Positions 9,243-18,628 of a stretch of DNA of 64,000 nucleotides are shown piece after piece. The position numbers and the translations under genes are program-made. The notes under the pieces are model-generated. The model saw only the letters and a list, made by a program, of their open reading frames with translations, had not been told where the DNA came from and did no database searches. Source of the DNA: an uncultured Candidatus Saccharibacteria bacterium. GTDB lineage: Bacteria > Patescibacteriota > Minisyncoccia > Phycocordibacterales > UBA9973. Where the stretch lies: the NCBI GenBank assembly GCA_964450735.1, contig CAYVDC010000002.1, forward strand, positions 64,703-128,702. Reading direction: 5' to 3'. Position 1 is the stretch's first letter. Each line of letters begins with the position of its first letter.

Positions 9243-11774
9243 ATGCACACAAAGCACAAACAACCACATAAACATGACAAAAAAGTCATTGTTAGAAATT
9301 TGATCATCGGCGCACTTTCCGCCGTTCTTCTTTTTGGAGGAATTTTGATCATCTGGCTAGCAACACTCCAAGTCCCAGACCTAAAATCATTCGAGCAGCG
9401 ATCGATCGCCAAATCAACGCAGATCTATGACAGAACCGGCAAGATCCTCCTTTATGATTTTCATGGCGACATCAAACGAACTGAAATTCCTTCGAGCGAA
9501 ATGTCCATGTACGTCAAAAACGCCACGGTTGCGATCGAAGACGCACAATTTTATACCAACAGCGGCTTCCGTCCCCTCTCATTCATACGTGCAGCTCTCG
9601 TAAACCTTACGACGGGTAAATTTACGCAGGGAGGATCGACTATTACACAGCAAGTAGTGAAAAATGCTGTACTGACGCAGCAGAAAACAATCATCCGAAA
9701 GCTCAAGGAGATCGTCCTTGCTCTCAAGGTCGATCGACGGCTTTCCAAAGATGAAATTCTCCAGATTTACTTGAATGAAGCTCCGTACGGCGGAACTATT
9801 TATGGCGTCGAGGAAGCATCTCAAACATACCTCGGCAAAAAAGCGAGCGAACTTACCCTTGCAGAATCAGCATACCTCGCTGCAATTCCTCAATCACCAA
9901 CCCGTTACTCGCCTTTTGGAACACACCTCGACCAGCTTGAAACACGAAAAAATCTCGTTCTTTCACGAATGCACGAACTAGGATTTATTACTGATGCAGA
10001 ATACGCGAGCGCCAAAGCGGAAGTCGTTACTTGGCAGCCACAATCAGCTGGCGGTATCAAAGCTCCGCACTTTGTATTTTTCGTAAAGGATTATCTTGAA
10101 GAAAAATACGGTGAAGAAATTCTTGATTCAGGACTAAAAGTCGTCACAACACTTGATTACACTATGCAGCAAGACGCTGAAGAAATCACCAAGCGCCGCG
10201 CTCTCGCAAACGTCGTGAATAATGCTACAAACCAAGCGATGGTTGGTATTGATCCACGCAACGGTCAGATCCTTATGATGGTAGGCTCACGAGATTTCTT
10301 CGACAAAGAAATTCCTGGACAGTTCAATATCGTCACCGCAAAACGCCAGCCGGGTTCATCGTTCAAACCATTCGTCTATGCATTGGCATTTAACAAAGGC
10401 ATGACTCCCGACACAGTACTCTTTGATGTGCCAACGCAATTCAATCCTTCGTGTGGACCATACGAAGGCACCATTAATGCGCGAGGTTGTTATGGGCCAC
10501 AAAACTATGATGGTATTTTCCGCGGACCGCTCACTATCCGTTCTGCCCTAGGACAATCAATTAACGTTCCTGCAGTAAAGACCCTTTATTTGGTCGGCGT
10601 TCAAAATGCAATCAAGCTCGCCAATGACATGGGTATCACGACCCTCAAAAATGCATCTGACTATGGTCTCACACTCGTGCTTGGAGGCGGCGAAGTGCGC
10701 TTGCTTGATATGACATCTGCATACGGTGTATTTGCAACTGGCGGTATCCGACATGAACCAACACCCATATTGTCTGTAACAGATTCAAAAGGAAACATTC
10801 TTGAACAAGCGAACCCTGAAGACACGGGAACAGAAATACTTCCAAAGCAAACAGCGCTTCAGATCAGCGATATACTTTCTGATAACATTGCCCGACAGCC
10901 AGAATTCTCACCTCACTCTGCCTTAGTTGTTGACGGCCATGACGTAGCGGTAAAAACTGGTACTACAAACAACTTCAAGGATGCATGGATTATTGGCTAT
11001 ACTCCATCGCTCGTTGTGGGCGCTTGGGCCGGAAACAACGACAACACTCCAATGGTAAAAAAGATTTCAGTGCTGCTCGTCGCTCCAACCTGGAATGAAT
11101 TCATGACAAAAATACTGAAAAACGTTCCCAATGAGCCATTCGAAAAACCAACCAGAGATCCAAGCTATGATTCGCTCAAACCAGTACTCCGCGGAGTCTG
11201 GCAGGCTGGCGATGGATACACAATTGATACTGTCTCTGGATTGCTTGCAACAGAAAACACACCCGAGCAAACTAGAAAAGAAATTCTCTCTCCAAACGTC
11301 CACGATATTTTATTCTGGGTAAACAAAAATGACATCTTGGGACCAAGCCCTGCAAATCCGTACAACGATCCCCAGTTTAAGAACTGGGAAACAACAGTAC
11401 AAGGGTGGTGGGCAAGTCATGCTGGCGAGTACACCTTCGCGCAGCCAGGCCTCAAACCAACTGAATACGACAATGTACATGTTCCTGCAAATAAACCTCG
11501 TATCACGATTCTGGCGCCTCAGGGAGGCATTACAGTAAGCAAGACAGCTCCGCTGACCGTATCAATCAGTTCTCAAGGAATATACCAACTAGCAAAATTC
11601 GATATATTCTTCAACAACAGTTATGTTGGATCACAAACAAATGGTACATCAACATTTACTTTTGTTCCTGATGCTTCGGGAAATGTAAAACCAATAAATG
11701 AATTACGAGTTGTTGGATATGACACCGTCTTCAATACTGGAGAAGCAACAATTCAAATCAATTCTTCAAATTAA
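9243..11774 (+). CDS. Class A penicillin-binding protein (bifunctional glycosyltransferase/transpeptidase, PBP1A-like)
   Basis: N-terminal membrane anchor; GT51 motif AIEDAQFYTNSGF; transpeptidase SxxK (GSSFKPF), SxN and KTG(T) motifs; extra C-terminal beta-rich domain; 843 aa. Confidence 0.85.
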   Translation: MHTKHKQPHKHDKKVIVRNLIIGALSAVLLFGGILIIWLATLQVPDLKSFEQRSIAKSTQIYDRTGKILLYDFHGDIKRTEIPSSEMSMYVKNATVAIEDAQFYTNSGFRPLSFIRAALVNLTTGKFTQGGSTITQQVVKNAVLTQQKTIIRKLKEIVLALKVDRRLSKDEILQIYLNEAPYGGTIYGVEEASQTYLGKKASELTLAESAYLAAIPQSPTRYSPFGTHLDQLETRKNLVLSRMHELGFITDAEYASAKAEVVTWQPQSAGGIKAPHFVFFVKDYLEEKYGEEILDSGLKVVTTLDYTMQQDAEEITKRRALANVVNNATNQAMVGIDPRNGQILMMVGSRDFFDKEIPGQFNIVTAKRQPGSSFKPFVYALAFNKGMTPDTVLFDVPTQFNPSCGPYEGTINARGCYGPQNYDGIFRGPLTIRSALGQSINVPAVKTLYLVGVQNAIKLANDMGITTLKNASDYGLTLVLGGGEVRLLDMTSAYGVFATGGIRHEPTPILSVTDSKGNILEQANPEDTGTEILPKQTALQISDILSDNIARQPEFSPHSALVVDGHDVAVKTGTTNNFKDAWIIGYTPSLVVGAWAGNNDNTPMVKKISVLLVAPTWNEFMTKILKNVPNEPFEKPTRDPSYDSLKPVLRGVWQAGDGYTIDTVSGLLATENTPEQTRKEILSPNVHDILFWVNKNDILGPSPANPYNDPQFKNWETTVQGWWASHAGEYTFAQPGLKPTEYDNVHVPANKPRITILAPQGGITVSKTAPLTVSISSQGIYQLAKFDIFFNNSYVGSQTNGTSTFTFVPDASGNVKPINELRVVGYDTVFNTGEATIQINSSN

Positions 11775-12037
11775 CGAAGTTCCAAAACAACCAATGTTGT
11801 TTCAGAAGCGATCCTAGCGAGGATCGCTTCTTTTTTTGTAGCAAGAACTCCTTTTTTAAGCGGGTTGAGTTTGAGTGTAAGTACACCTTTTTTAAAAACG
11901 ATATCATTTTCTGAAAGCTTGATCTTTGTTTCTTCTAAGATGATTTTTGATATCTGCGCACGTTCAGCAAGGTGTTTTGAAAGCTTGGCGCGCAAGCCTT
12001 GAAAAAGATTACTGATGTGCTGATTTTCCATAAACAA
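11771..12037 (-). CDS. Small protein downstream of dnaN, possibly DUF721/DciA-like
   Basis: 88 aa, ..AERAQISKIILEETKIKLSENDIVFKKGVLTLKLNPLKKGVLATKKEAILARI... Its position immediately 3-prime of dnaN is where DUF721 proteins are commonly encoded. The similarity is by eye only. Confidence 0.35.
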   Translation of the reverse strand: MFMENQHISNLFQGLRAKLSKHLAERAQISKIILEETKIKLSENDIVFKKGVLTLKLNPLKKGVLATKKEAILARIASETTLVVLELR

Positions 12038-12044
12038 TATCGTG

Positions 12045-13142
12045 TTAGCGATTCATTGGCATAATGAGGTAGAGGAACGTGGTGTCTCCAACTCCCTTAG
12101 CGAGAATCGGACGTGATGGTGCTGTACATTCAAGAGCGATACTATCGGTTGGAATAGCATTGAGACAGTCGAGCAAATATCGGTAGTTAATTACAATTGA
12201 AATTGGTTCACCAGAGAGGGCGGCATCAAGATTAGCTTCGTTTTCACCAATGTCGCTGTTTTTTGCCGAAAGAACGCATGTTTTCTTTTCTGGGTTTATG
12301 GCAATAGTAATCTGGTTGAACTTGTCACTAAAGAGTGTGCTAGTTTTTACGGCGTTTTGAAGTTCAGATTTGAGAATAATCATTTCGCTTGTTTTTTCTT
12401 TTGGAAAAATCTTTCGGTAGTCTGGAAACACCCCATCAACAACACGTGACGTAATATAATAACCATTAAATGAGATAGAGAGGAGGTTTTTTGTTATGCA
12501 AAATGAGATGTCTCCTGAAACACCAGCAAGGATGCGCTGGAGTTCTACAGCATTTTTGTATGGGAGCAATATTGGCTGAAAACCATACAAGCCTTTTACT
12601 TTTATTTTCTTCTCAGCAAGCCGGAATGAATCAGTTGCTACGAATGTAAGAACATCTTCTTCGGGATAAATATAAATACTTCCAATTTCAGGTTTGATAT
12701 CTGTCTGGGCAGCGGCGTAGTAAACAGATTCAAGACCATCAAGAAATGAATTAGTAGGTATTTTAATAGTTTCTCCTTCTACTGTTGGAATAGTAGGGAA
12801 GTCTTCGTAGGGGAATGTTTTAATCTGAATGCGTGCTTGTTTGGTTTTTACTAGCAATGTTTCGCCAATCTGTTCCATTGATACTTCTTCGTTCGCTTTG
12901 CTGTTTGCAAAGAATCCAGAGAGTACTGTTCCTGAAACAGCTACAACACCCTCTTTCTCTACCTTTGCAGGAATTTCAATTTCAATACCGAGGCTCAAGT
13001 TTGTTGCGCGAAACTTTAGGGTTGATCCTGATGCAATACAAAGAACAGATGAAAGTATTGGCAACGTTAGATTTTTGCCGGTTGCTCGTTCTGCGTGTAG
13101 CAGTGCATTCTTAACTTGTTCACTGTTGCATTGTATTTTCAT
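12045..13142 (-). CDS. dnaN: DNA polymerase III beta sliding clamp
   Basis: MKIQCNSEQVKNALLHAERATGKNLTLPILSSVLC.. (typical DnaN N-terminus); 365 aa; three-domain length; located directly downstream of dnaA. Confidence 0.9.
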   Translation of the reverse strand: MKIQCNSEQVKNALLHAERATGKNLTLPILSSVLCIASGSTLKFRATNLSLGIEIEIPAKVEKEGVVAVSGTVLSGFFANSKANEEVSMEQIGETLLVKTKQARIQIKTFPYEDFPTIPTVEGETIKIPTNSFLDGLESVYYAAAQTDIKPEIGSIYIYPEEDVLTFVATDSFRLAEKKIKVKGLYGFQPILLPYKNAVELQRILAGVSGDISFCITKNLLSISFNGYYITSRVVDGVFPDYRKIFPKEKTSEMIILKSELQNAVKTSTLFSDKFNQITIAINPEKKTCVLSAKNSDIGENEANLDAALSGEPISIVINYRYLLDCLNAIPTDSIALECTAPSRPILAKGVGDTTFLYLIMPMNR

Positions 13143-13361
13143 ATATATAAACTATTACTACTATTAGTCCTGTGGATTAGTGGATAACTTTTTAAAACTG
13201 ATTTCTAAAGGATATAATCATACTTTTGAAAAACATCTGTTGGGTATAACTTTTATTTTTATTTTTTCTTGAAGAAATCTAGATTTTTTATCCACACCAC
13301 TTTTTTTATTTCCTTACCTTCTGCCTCTTTCTCCACAAACTTTTCCCAAACCTTATCCACA
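13143..13361. promoter_or_regulatory. DnaA-box cluster plus AT-rich tract in the dnaA-dnaN intergenic region (candidate oriC / DNA-unwinding element)
   Basis: A head-to-tail pair TGTGGATTA-GTGGATAAC near 13171-13188, exact consensus TTATCCACA near 13288-13296 and again near 13353-13361, plus ctccacaaac-type degenerate boxes. There is a T-rich run (..ttttatttttatttttt..) near 13245-13270. Approximate coordinates. Confidence 0.6.
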
Positions 13362-14753
13362 CTATTTGAACATAATTCGAAGCTGTTCCACCTCGCTTAC
13401 AAGTTGTGGATCAGTCTTCATGTCATTTTTAATCTTGTCGCATGAGTGGATTACCGTTGTATGGTCTTTGCCTCCAAGTTTTTGGCCGATGAGTGGATAA
13501 GAAACATTGAATTCTTCACGGAGGATATACATAACCATCTGTCGAGCTTTTACTATCTCTTTGCGGCGAGTCTTTTCATAGATAGATGCTTCCTCGACAT
13601 TATAAAAATCAGCGACGATTTTAACTACTTCTTTTGAAGAAATGTTTTTCTTTGGCTTGATGCTATTTTTTATAAGGTTTTTAACCTCTGCAAGAGCCAA
13701 GGCGCGGCCTCGAACCTGCGTTTGCATGATAAGCGTGTTGAGATTTCCTTCTAGTTCACGAATATTACTCTCTACAGACGCTGCAATATATTCAAGTACG
13801 CCTTCTTCCACTGCTATTCCCTTTTCTTTGATTTTGGAACGGAGAACGGCTACGCGTGATTCATAGTCTGGTTCAATAACGTCAACGATCATGCCCTGTG
13901 AGAATCGGGATCGTAGGCGGTCTTCGAGTCCTGGGATGAAGTTAGGGTGTTTATCTGATGAAAAGATAATCTGCTTGTTTGCTTCGTAGAAAGTATTAAA
14001 GAGGTGGAACAATTCTTCCTGGCTTTTCTCCATTTTGCCGATGAATTGGATATCATCCATGATTAAAACATCGTATTTTCGGTACTTTTCTTTGAAAACA
14101 TGAGGTTTGTTGTTTTGGACAGAGTTAATATAGTCCATGGCAAACTTCTCGAGAGTAATGTAATGAACTCGTTTTTCGGGATATTTGTTTTTGACTGAGT
14201 TTCCAAGGGCCTGAATAAGGTGTGTTTTGCCGAGACCAGTGTTTCCGTAGACGAAAAAGGGATTATACGCTCGGCCTGGCTTGGCTACTATGGCCTGGGA
14301 AGCGGCATAGGCGAGTTCGTTGAATGGTCCAACGATGAATGTATCAAAAGCGTACTTTGGGTTAAGGTTATCGTCTTTGTTTATAGGGGTTTCAGCTAGT
14401 GGAAGCTCTTGGGGAGCATCGGTTTTTGGTGCATTTGCTGCTTCTGCCTGCTTGCTGATGCGCATTTCAGGCTTCATGATCATATATTCTACGGTACGAA
14501 TATGGTCGGCAATATTCATAAGTGATTTAAGAATAAGCTTATGATATTTTTGGATGAGCCAGTCTTTGACGAATTCGTTTGGTACGCCAACAAAAACGAC
14601 GCCCTCATCCTCTCGGATAACTGCAGTGTTTTTGAACCAGGTGTTAAAGTTAGCTTTCGAAACCTCTATCTCGATGTCTTTGAGGCATCGCGCCCACAGC
14701 TCTCGTGTATCGGTTACTTCCATAGTTGGCATATTATAGTACGGCTGGAACAA
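13362..14753 (-). CDS. dnaA: Chromosomal replication initiator DnaA
   Basis: AAA+ Walker A GNTGLGKTHL, Walker B VLIMDDIQF, sensor and C-terminal HTH (..EIVKARQMVMYILREEF..GQKLGGKDHTTVIHSCDKI). The first codon of the track ORF is non-ATG; the true start may be one of the ATGs 7-10 codons downstream. Confidence 0.9.
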   Translation of the reverse strand: MFQPYYNMPTMEVTDTRELWARCLKDIEIEVSKANFNTWFKNTAVIREDEGVVFVGVPNEFVKDWLIQKYHKLILKSLMNIADHIRTVEYMIMKPEMRISKQAEAANAPKTDAPQELPLAETPINKDDNLNPKYAFDTFIVGPFNELAYAASQAIVAKPGRAYNPFFVYGNTGLGKTHLIQALGNSVKNKYPEKRVHYITLEKFAMDYINSVQNNKPHVFKEKYRKYDVLIMDDIQFIGKMEKSQEELFHLFNTFYEANKQIIFSSDKHPNFIPGLEDRLRSRFSQGMIVDVIEPDYESRVAVLRSKIKEKGIAVEEGVLEYIAASVESNIRELEGNLNTLIMQTQVRGRALALAEVKNLIKNSIKPKKNISSKEVVKIVADFYNVEEASIYEKTRRKEIVKARQMVMYILREEFNVSYPLIGQKLGGKDHTTVIHSCDKIKNDMKTDPQLVSEVEQLRIMFK

Positions 14754-14774
14754 TCCCGGTACTTTACAGAATCT

Positions 14775-14803
14775 GTGGATATTGTGGGGATATAGTGGAT
14801 AAC
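14775..14803. promoter_or_regulatory. Second DnaA-box cluster immediately upstream of dnaA (autoregulatory site or oriC half)
   Basis: Three same-orientation boxes TGTGGATAT, TGTGGGGATA and GTGGATAAC within about 30 nt (approximate coordinates). Confidence 0.5.
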
Positions 14804-14868
14804 TATTTTTTGGTAGAAAAAGAAGATTGCCTTCCCGTATCCCCTCTTTTGTTCTATTATGTATTCAT

Positions 14869-16503
14869 ATGTTGAAACAACTTTGGAAGCCGGTTGATCT
14901 TTTGATCGCCTACGTCGAAAAACATCAAGGCGTAACTGTTGGCACGGGGATAGGATTACTTGCAGCGATTACTCTTCTTCGAACTTTTTTTGAAAACTAT
15001 TCAAACCCCGAACCATTTGGCGGATTTACTGCATGGTTTATTGTTCTTGGATTCTTTTTATATTACGCAGGGGTAATGCTCCTCCTGACTGCGTTTTTAA
15101 GTTTTTTGCTTAAGAAAAAAAGCAGCATAGTATATGGCGCGCTTATCCTTACTTCCCCTATCATTATTTCTGCTCCCCTTTTTGATCTCGCTGTTTCGCG
15201 AGGTGAAGGATATTGCATGTCGTATCTCGGCGACCATGGATGGTTTTTGGTCAAAGATTTCTTTACATACTTTGGCCCGATGGCAAACTGCGGCATCACT
15301 CCAGGAATCCGCTTTGAAATTATTTTGGTTTTGATTGGGATTGCGATGCTTGTGTATCGCCTTACAAAAAGTTTTTGGAAAACTGCCATTGGTGTTATAG
15401 GTACTTATACTATTCTCTTTGCAAACTTGGCGGCTTCAGGAATTATTATCACTGTATCAAAAGGTTTTGGATATGTGGACGCTAACCTTTTCTTCAGCAA
15501 GCTGCTCCATACTAGCTTGATTCCATCTATCCAGACATATGTAACAACAACAAATATTTACCTTGAAAACTATGCAGCGGGCGCAATTTTCATGGCACGC
15601 TTTTCCTGGGTTATCTGCCTGCTCGCCCTTCTTGTCGTTTGTTACCAGCAAAATAAGCTTGCATTTAAAGCTTTTTTGAGGGATTTCCGACTTGCACGCG
15701 TTATCTACTATGCGTTCCTTGCACTCTTTGGTATGCGGATCGCATACCAAATCGGCGGCTACCCATTCATTCCGCATACTTTTGCAGATATACTGGGTTA
15801 TAGTATTTTCTTTGTTGTTATTGCGCTTAACTTTACTTTCGCAGCGACTGTTAATGATATTGTTGATGTTCCGATTGATGAAGTTTCAAATAAACATCGC
15901 CCACTTATCAGCGGAGCGCTTACCGTCGATCAATATCGATCGATCGCCCTTATTCTCGGAACAATGATTGTCACCGGCTCTCTTCTTATAAATTACACGG
16001 TATTTATTTGCACAGTGTTGTTTCATATTTGTTTTTACTTTTACTCAGTTCCTCCGCTACGGCTCAAGCGTCACTTTATTCCAGGAGGAATTCTGCTTGC
16101 CCTCGCAGGACTTATTACCGTCATGTCAGGATATGGATTCTTCTCTCTTAATACTGCTTTTCAATCCTTCCCACTAAAACTTTCTATCTTTATTTTAGTG
16201 TTCCTCTTTCTGGTTGTACACATCCGCGACTTCAAAGATATCGAGGGAGATGCGAAAGAAGGCATTCAAACACTACCTGTCGTGCTAGGAGAAAAGAAAG
16301 CTCGCATTTTAATTGGGGCACTGGTTCTCATTGGAGGAATTATTACTGGTATTGGTCTGTATAAATACTTCGAAATTTTTAGCTTGGCGATTTTTGCACT
16401 CAGCGCAACATTCTTTGTTTCAATGGTGGCTCACAAAGTAGACGAAAGAATAAGTTTTGGGCTTCTCTATATACTCGCTATTTTGGCTATCATTTTCCTT
16501 TAA
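14869..16503 (+). CDS. Polytopic membrane protein with C-terminal UbiA-family prenyltransferase domain
   Basis: First ATG used (the track starts on TTG). About 300 aa of N-terminal multi-helix membrane domain, then UbiA motifs NDIVDVPIDEVSNKHRPL (first Asp-rich motif) and HIRDFKDIEGDAKEG (second Asp-rich motif). Confidence 0.7.
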   Translation: MLKQLWKPVDLLIAYVEKHQGVTVGTGIGLLAAITLLRTFFENYSNPEPFGGFTAWFIVLGFFLYYAGVMLLLTAFLSFLLKKKSSIVYGALILTSPIIISAPLFDLAVSRGEGYCMSYLGDHGWFLVKDFFTYFGPMANCGITPGIRFEIILVLIGIAMLVYRLTKSFWKTAIGVIGTYTILFANLAASGIIITVSKGFGYVDANLFFSKLLHTSLIPSIQTYVTTTNIYLENYAAGAIFMARFSWVICLLALLVVCYQQNKLAFKAFLRDFRLARVIYYAFLALFGMRIAYQIGGYPFIPHTFADILGYSIFFVVIALNFTFAATVNDIVDVPIDEVSNKHRPLISGALTVDQYRSIALILGTMIVTGSLLINYTVFICTVLFHICFYFYSVPPLRLKRHFIPGGILLALAGLITVMSGYGFFSLNTAFQSFPLKLSIFILVFLFLVVHIRDFKDIEGDAKEGIQTLPVVLGEKKARILIGALVLIGGIITGIGLYKYFEIFSLAIFALSATFFVSMVAHKVDERISFGLLYILAILAIIFL

Positions 16504-16521
16504 TCCTATTGTTGGATGCGC

Positions 16522-16554
16522 AAAAGCCTGGCCGACTTCGTCGGCCAGGCTTTT
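16522..16554. terminator. Bidirectional intrinsic terminator (UbiA-fusion gene versus yidD)
   Basis: Perfect 14-bp stem aaaagcctggccga/tcggccaggctttt around a cttcg loop, with T-runs on both strands (approximate coordinates). Confidence 0.65.
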
Positions 16555-16561
16555 GTATTTG

Positions 16562-16801
16562 CTATACAAGCGGATCGTAATGGTTTCGCTGCCAAGGATG
16601 GCACCGAGCAATTCTTTTGGCTCCGATCCAGATTCCTTTGATTGGGCCATATTTGGCAATAGCTTCTTTGGTATATTCTGAGCAAGTCGGCGTAAAGGCG
16701 CAGTTTCCTCCTCTAGTAAGGCCTAGTTTTCTTGGTAAGCCCTGGTCAGGAGAAAGGTACTTTTGGTAGAAATTAATGCAGGCAATAAGAAATGTGCGCA
16801 T
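16562..16801 (-). CDS. yidD: Membrane protein insertion efficiency factor YidD
   Basis: From the internal ATG the product is 79 aa, MRTFLIACINFYQKYLSP..GGNCAFTPTCSEYTKEAIAKYG..RCHPW (the conserved YidD CxxxPxCSxY core). The ATG overlaps the rnpA stop (TGATG-type coupling). Confidence 0.75.
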   Translation of the reverse strand: MRTFLIACINFYQKYLSPDQGLPRKLGLTRGGNCAFTPTCSEYTKEAIAKYGPIKGIWIGAKRIARCHPWQRNHYDPLV

Positions 16802-17130
16802 CAGTTTTTTGAGAAAAAGCTTGTAAATGCTCGGTTTCTGTCGATAGGAACGGCCGAAATTGCCTCTTTTTTGAGAACAAAAGCGTACATACCCGGCTTT
16901 GGGGAAACTGAAGCTAAGGCCTGACGAAGTGATGCATACCACTTACGACGTAGTGAATTACGTAAAACCGCAGTCTTTGCAATGGTTTTTGGTGCAATAA
17001 CCGCGCATCTAATGCCAGTCTCCCCCTCTTTCGTGTATCTGGCAACAAAAAAAGGCATTCCGGTCGTTTTACCACCTTTGAATAGTTGGGTGATGTCTCG
17101 GCCAGAAAGCCTTTTTTGTTTTGGAAGCAT
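16801..17130 (-). CDS. rnpA: RNase P protein component
   Basis: MLPKQKRLSGRDITQLFKGGKT..FVARYT..RCAVIAPKTIAKTAVLRNSLRRK.. (basic, RnpA-like, about 110 aa). First ATG used; the track ORF starts on GTG 10 codons upstream and would overlap rpmH. Confidence 0.7.
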   Translation of the reverse strand: MLPKQKRLSGRDITQLFKGGKTTGMPFFVARYTKEGETGIRCAVIAPKTIAKTAVLRNSLRRKWYASLRQALASVSPKPGMYAFVLKKEAISAVPIDRNRAFTSFFSKN

Positions 17131-17140
17131 AGGTTTATGG

Positions 17141-17275
17141 TTAAACAGTGAGTTTCGCACGTCCTTTTCGGCGGCGGCGTGCTACGACTTTTTTACCCGC
17201 GGTTGTTGCCTTTCGGACGAGGAAACCGTGTGTAGTCGCGCGCTTTTTCTTTTTTGGCTGATACGTGAATGACAT
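17141..17275 (-). CDS. rpmH: 50S ribosomal protein L34
   Basis: The internal ATG gives [44 protein letters not shown] (44 aa), a near-consensus L34. Confidence 0.85.
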   Translation of the reverse strand: MSFTYQPKKKKRATTHGFLVRKATTAGKKVVARRRRKGRAKLTV

Positions 17276-17361
17276 GGAGAGCATAATAGAACATTTTTGT
17301 AAGAATTGCAATAGGCACGAAGCACCTTTCAAAATACCCCTCTTTCAGGTACAATGGCTCT

Positions 17362-18081
17362 ATGCGATACCTATGGAATGTAGTGCTCTACCAGCCCCTC
17401 TTCAACCTCCTTATTTTTATAACAAACCTTATGCCGGGCAAAGATGTCGGTCTTGCTGTTATCTTGCTTACTATTCTTGTTAAGCTTGCCCTTTATCCCC
17501 TTACTAAAAAATCTATCGAAAGCCAGGTTGCCATGGCTCAGATGCAACCGGAACTTGAACGCATCAAGAAAGAATTCCCTGATAAGCAAGAACAAGCAAA
17601 GCGGACAATGGAATACTATAAAGAGCAGAAATCAAGTCCATTTGCAGGATGTCTGGTTATGCTTATCCAGCTTCCGATCATTTTCGCCCTCTATTACGTT
17701 TTCCTTGGTGGATTCACTGACATGTCCTATCTCTACTCATTCGTTGCAAATCCTGGCGTCATCAACATGAACTTCCTTGGATTCCTCGATATTTCAAAGC
17801 CGCATATTGTACTTGCAGTACTAGCTGGCGCCTCGCAGTTTCTCCAAATGAAAATTTCGTTTAGTGGTCAAAAGCCAGCATCAGCTTCGGTTGGTGGCAT
17901 GGATATGACCAAAATGATGCAGACACAGATGCAGTACGTGCTCCCTATTGTTATTATCTTTGCTGGATTGAAATTCTCAGGTGCAGTCGCCCTTTATTGG
18001 ATTACGAGCAATTTGATCGGTGCGCTTCAGGAATATTACATTCGTAAAAAGCTTGCCCCTATTCATATTAAGCTTGTCTAA
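17362..18081 (+). CDS. yidC: Membrane protein insertase YidC (short form)
   Basis: 239 aa with 5 predicted TM helices; conserved YidC/Oxa1 core (..ILLTILVKLALYPLTKKS.., ..LGFLDISKP.., C-terminal basic tail). It is immediately followed by jag, the canonical neighbourhood. Confidence 0.85.
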   Translation: MRYLWNVVLYQPLFNLLIFITNLMPGKDVGLAVILLTILVKLALYPLTKKSIESQVAMAQMQPELERIKKEFPDKQEQAKRTMEYYKEQKSSPFAGCLVMLIQLPIIFALYYVFLGGFTDMSYLYSFVANPGVINMNFLGFLDISKPHIVLAVLAGASQFLQMKISFSGQKPASASVGGMDMTKMMQTQMQYVLPIVIIFAGLKFSGAVALYWITSNLIGALQEYYIRKKLAPIHIKLV

Positions 18082-18093
18082 TATATATCACGT

Positions 18094-18582
18094 ATGCATA
18101 CCACACAGATTGAAAAAATCGTTTCAGAATTCTTCAAAGAAACCGGTATTCATTCGGGAGATGTTTCTTTTTTGTACGACGAGGACACTAAAACTATGTG
18201 GTGCTCGATCTCTGTAGCAGATGGACGGTTGCTTACTGGCAAAAATGGAGAAACGCTTGCAGCAATCAATCACCTCATTCGTAAAATTGTTGATAAAAGC
18301 CTTGGTTTCAGCGAAAGTGATAAATCCTCCGTCAATATTATTGTCGATATCAATGGTTTTCAAAAAAAGCGCGTTGACAGCATCAAAGCAGTTGCCCACA
18401 TGATGGCTGAACGGGCCCGATTCTTTAAATCAAGCATTGAAGTTGATCCAATGACTCCATTTGAACGTCGTATTGTTCACGAATTCCTCTCTACTATGCC
18501 TGATCTCAAGACTGAATCTGCCGGAGAAGGACAGAAGCGACATGTTGTCATTAAATATATCGGAAATCAAAACACAATCTAA
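18094..18582 (+). CDS. jag: Jag/KhpB-like RNA-binding protein (KH + R3H domains)
   Basis: R3H motif FERRIVHEFLSTMPDLKTESAGEGQKRHVVIKY at the C-terminus; gene order yidC-jag. Confidence 0.75.
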   Translation: MHTTQIEKIVSEFFKETGIHSGDVSFLYDEDTKTMWCSISVADGRLLTGKNGETLAAINHLIRKIVDKSLGFSESDKSSVNIIVDINGFQKKRVDSIKAVAHMMAERARFFKSSIEVDPMTPFERRIVHEFLSTMPDLKTESAGEGQKRHVVIKYIGNQNTI

Positions 18583-18621
18583 AACATAAAAAGCGCACCG
18601 ACGGTGCGCTTTTTATGTTTT
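18581..18621. terminator. Bidirectional intrinsic terminator (jag versus the minus-strand T4SS-like block)
   Basis: A 41-nt perfect palindrome aaaacataaaaagcgcaccg-a-cggtgcgctttttatgtttt, with U-runs on both strands. Confidence 0.7.
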
Positions 18622-18628
18622 AATAGTA

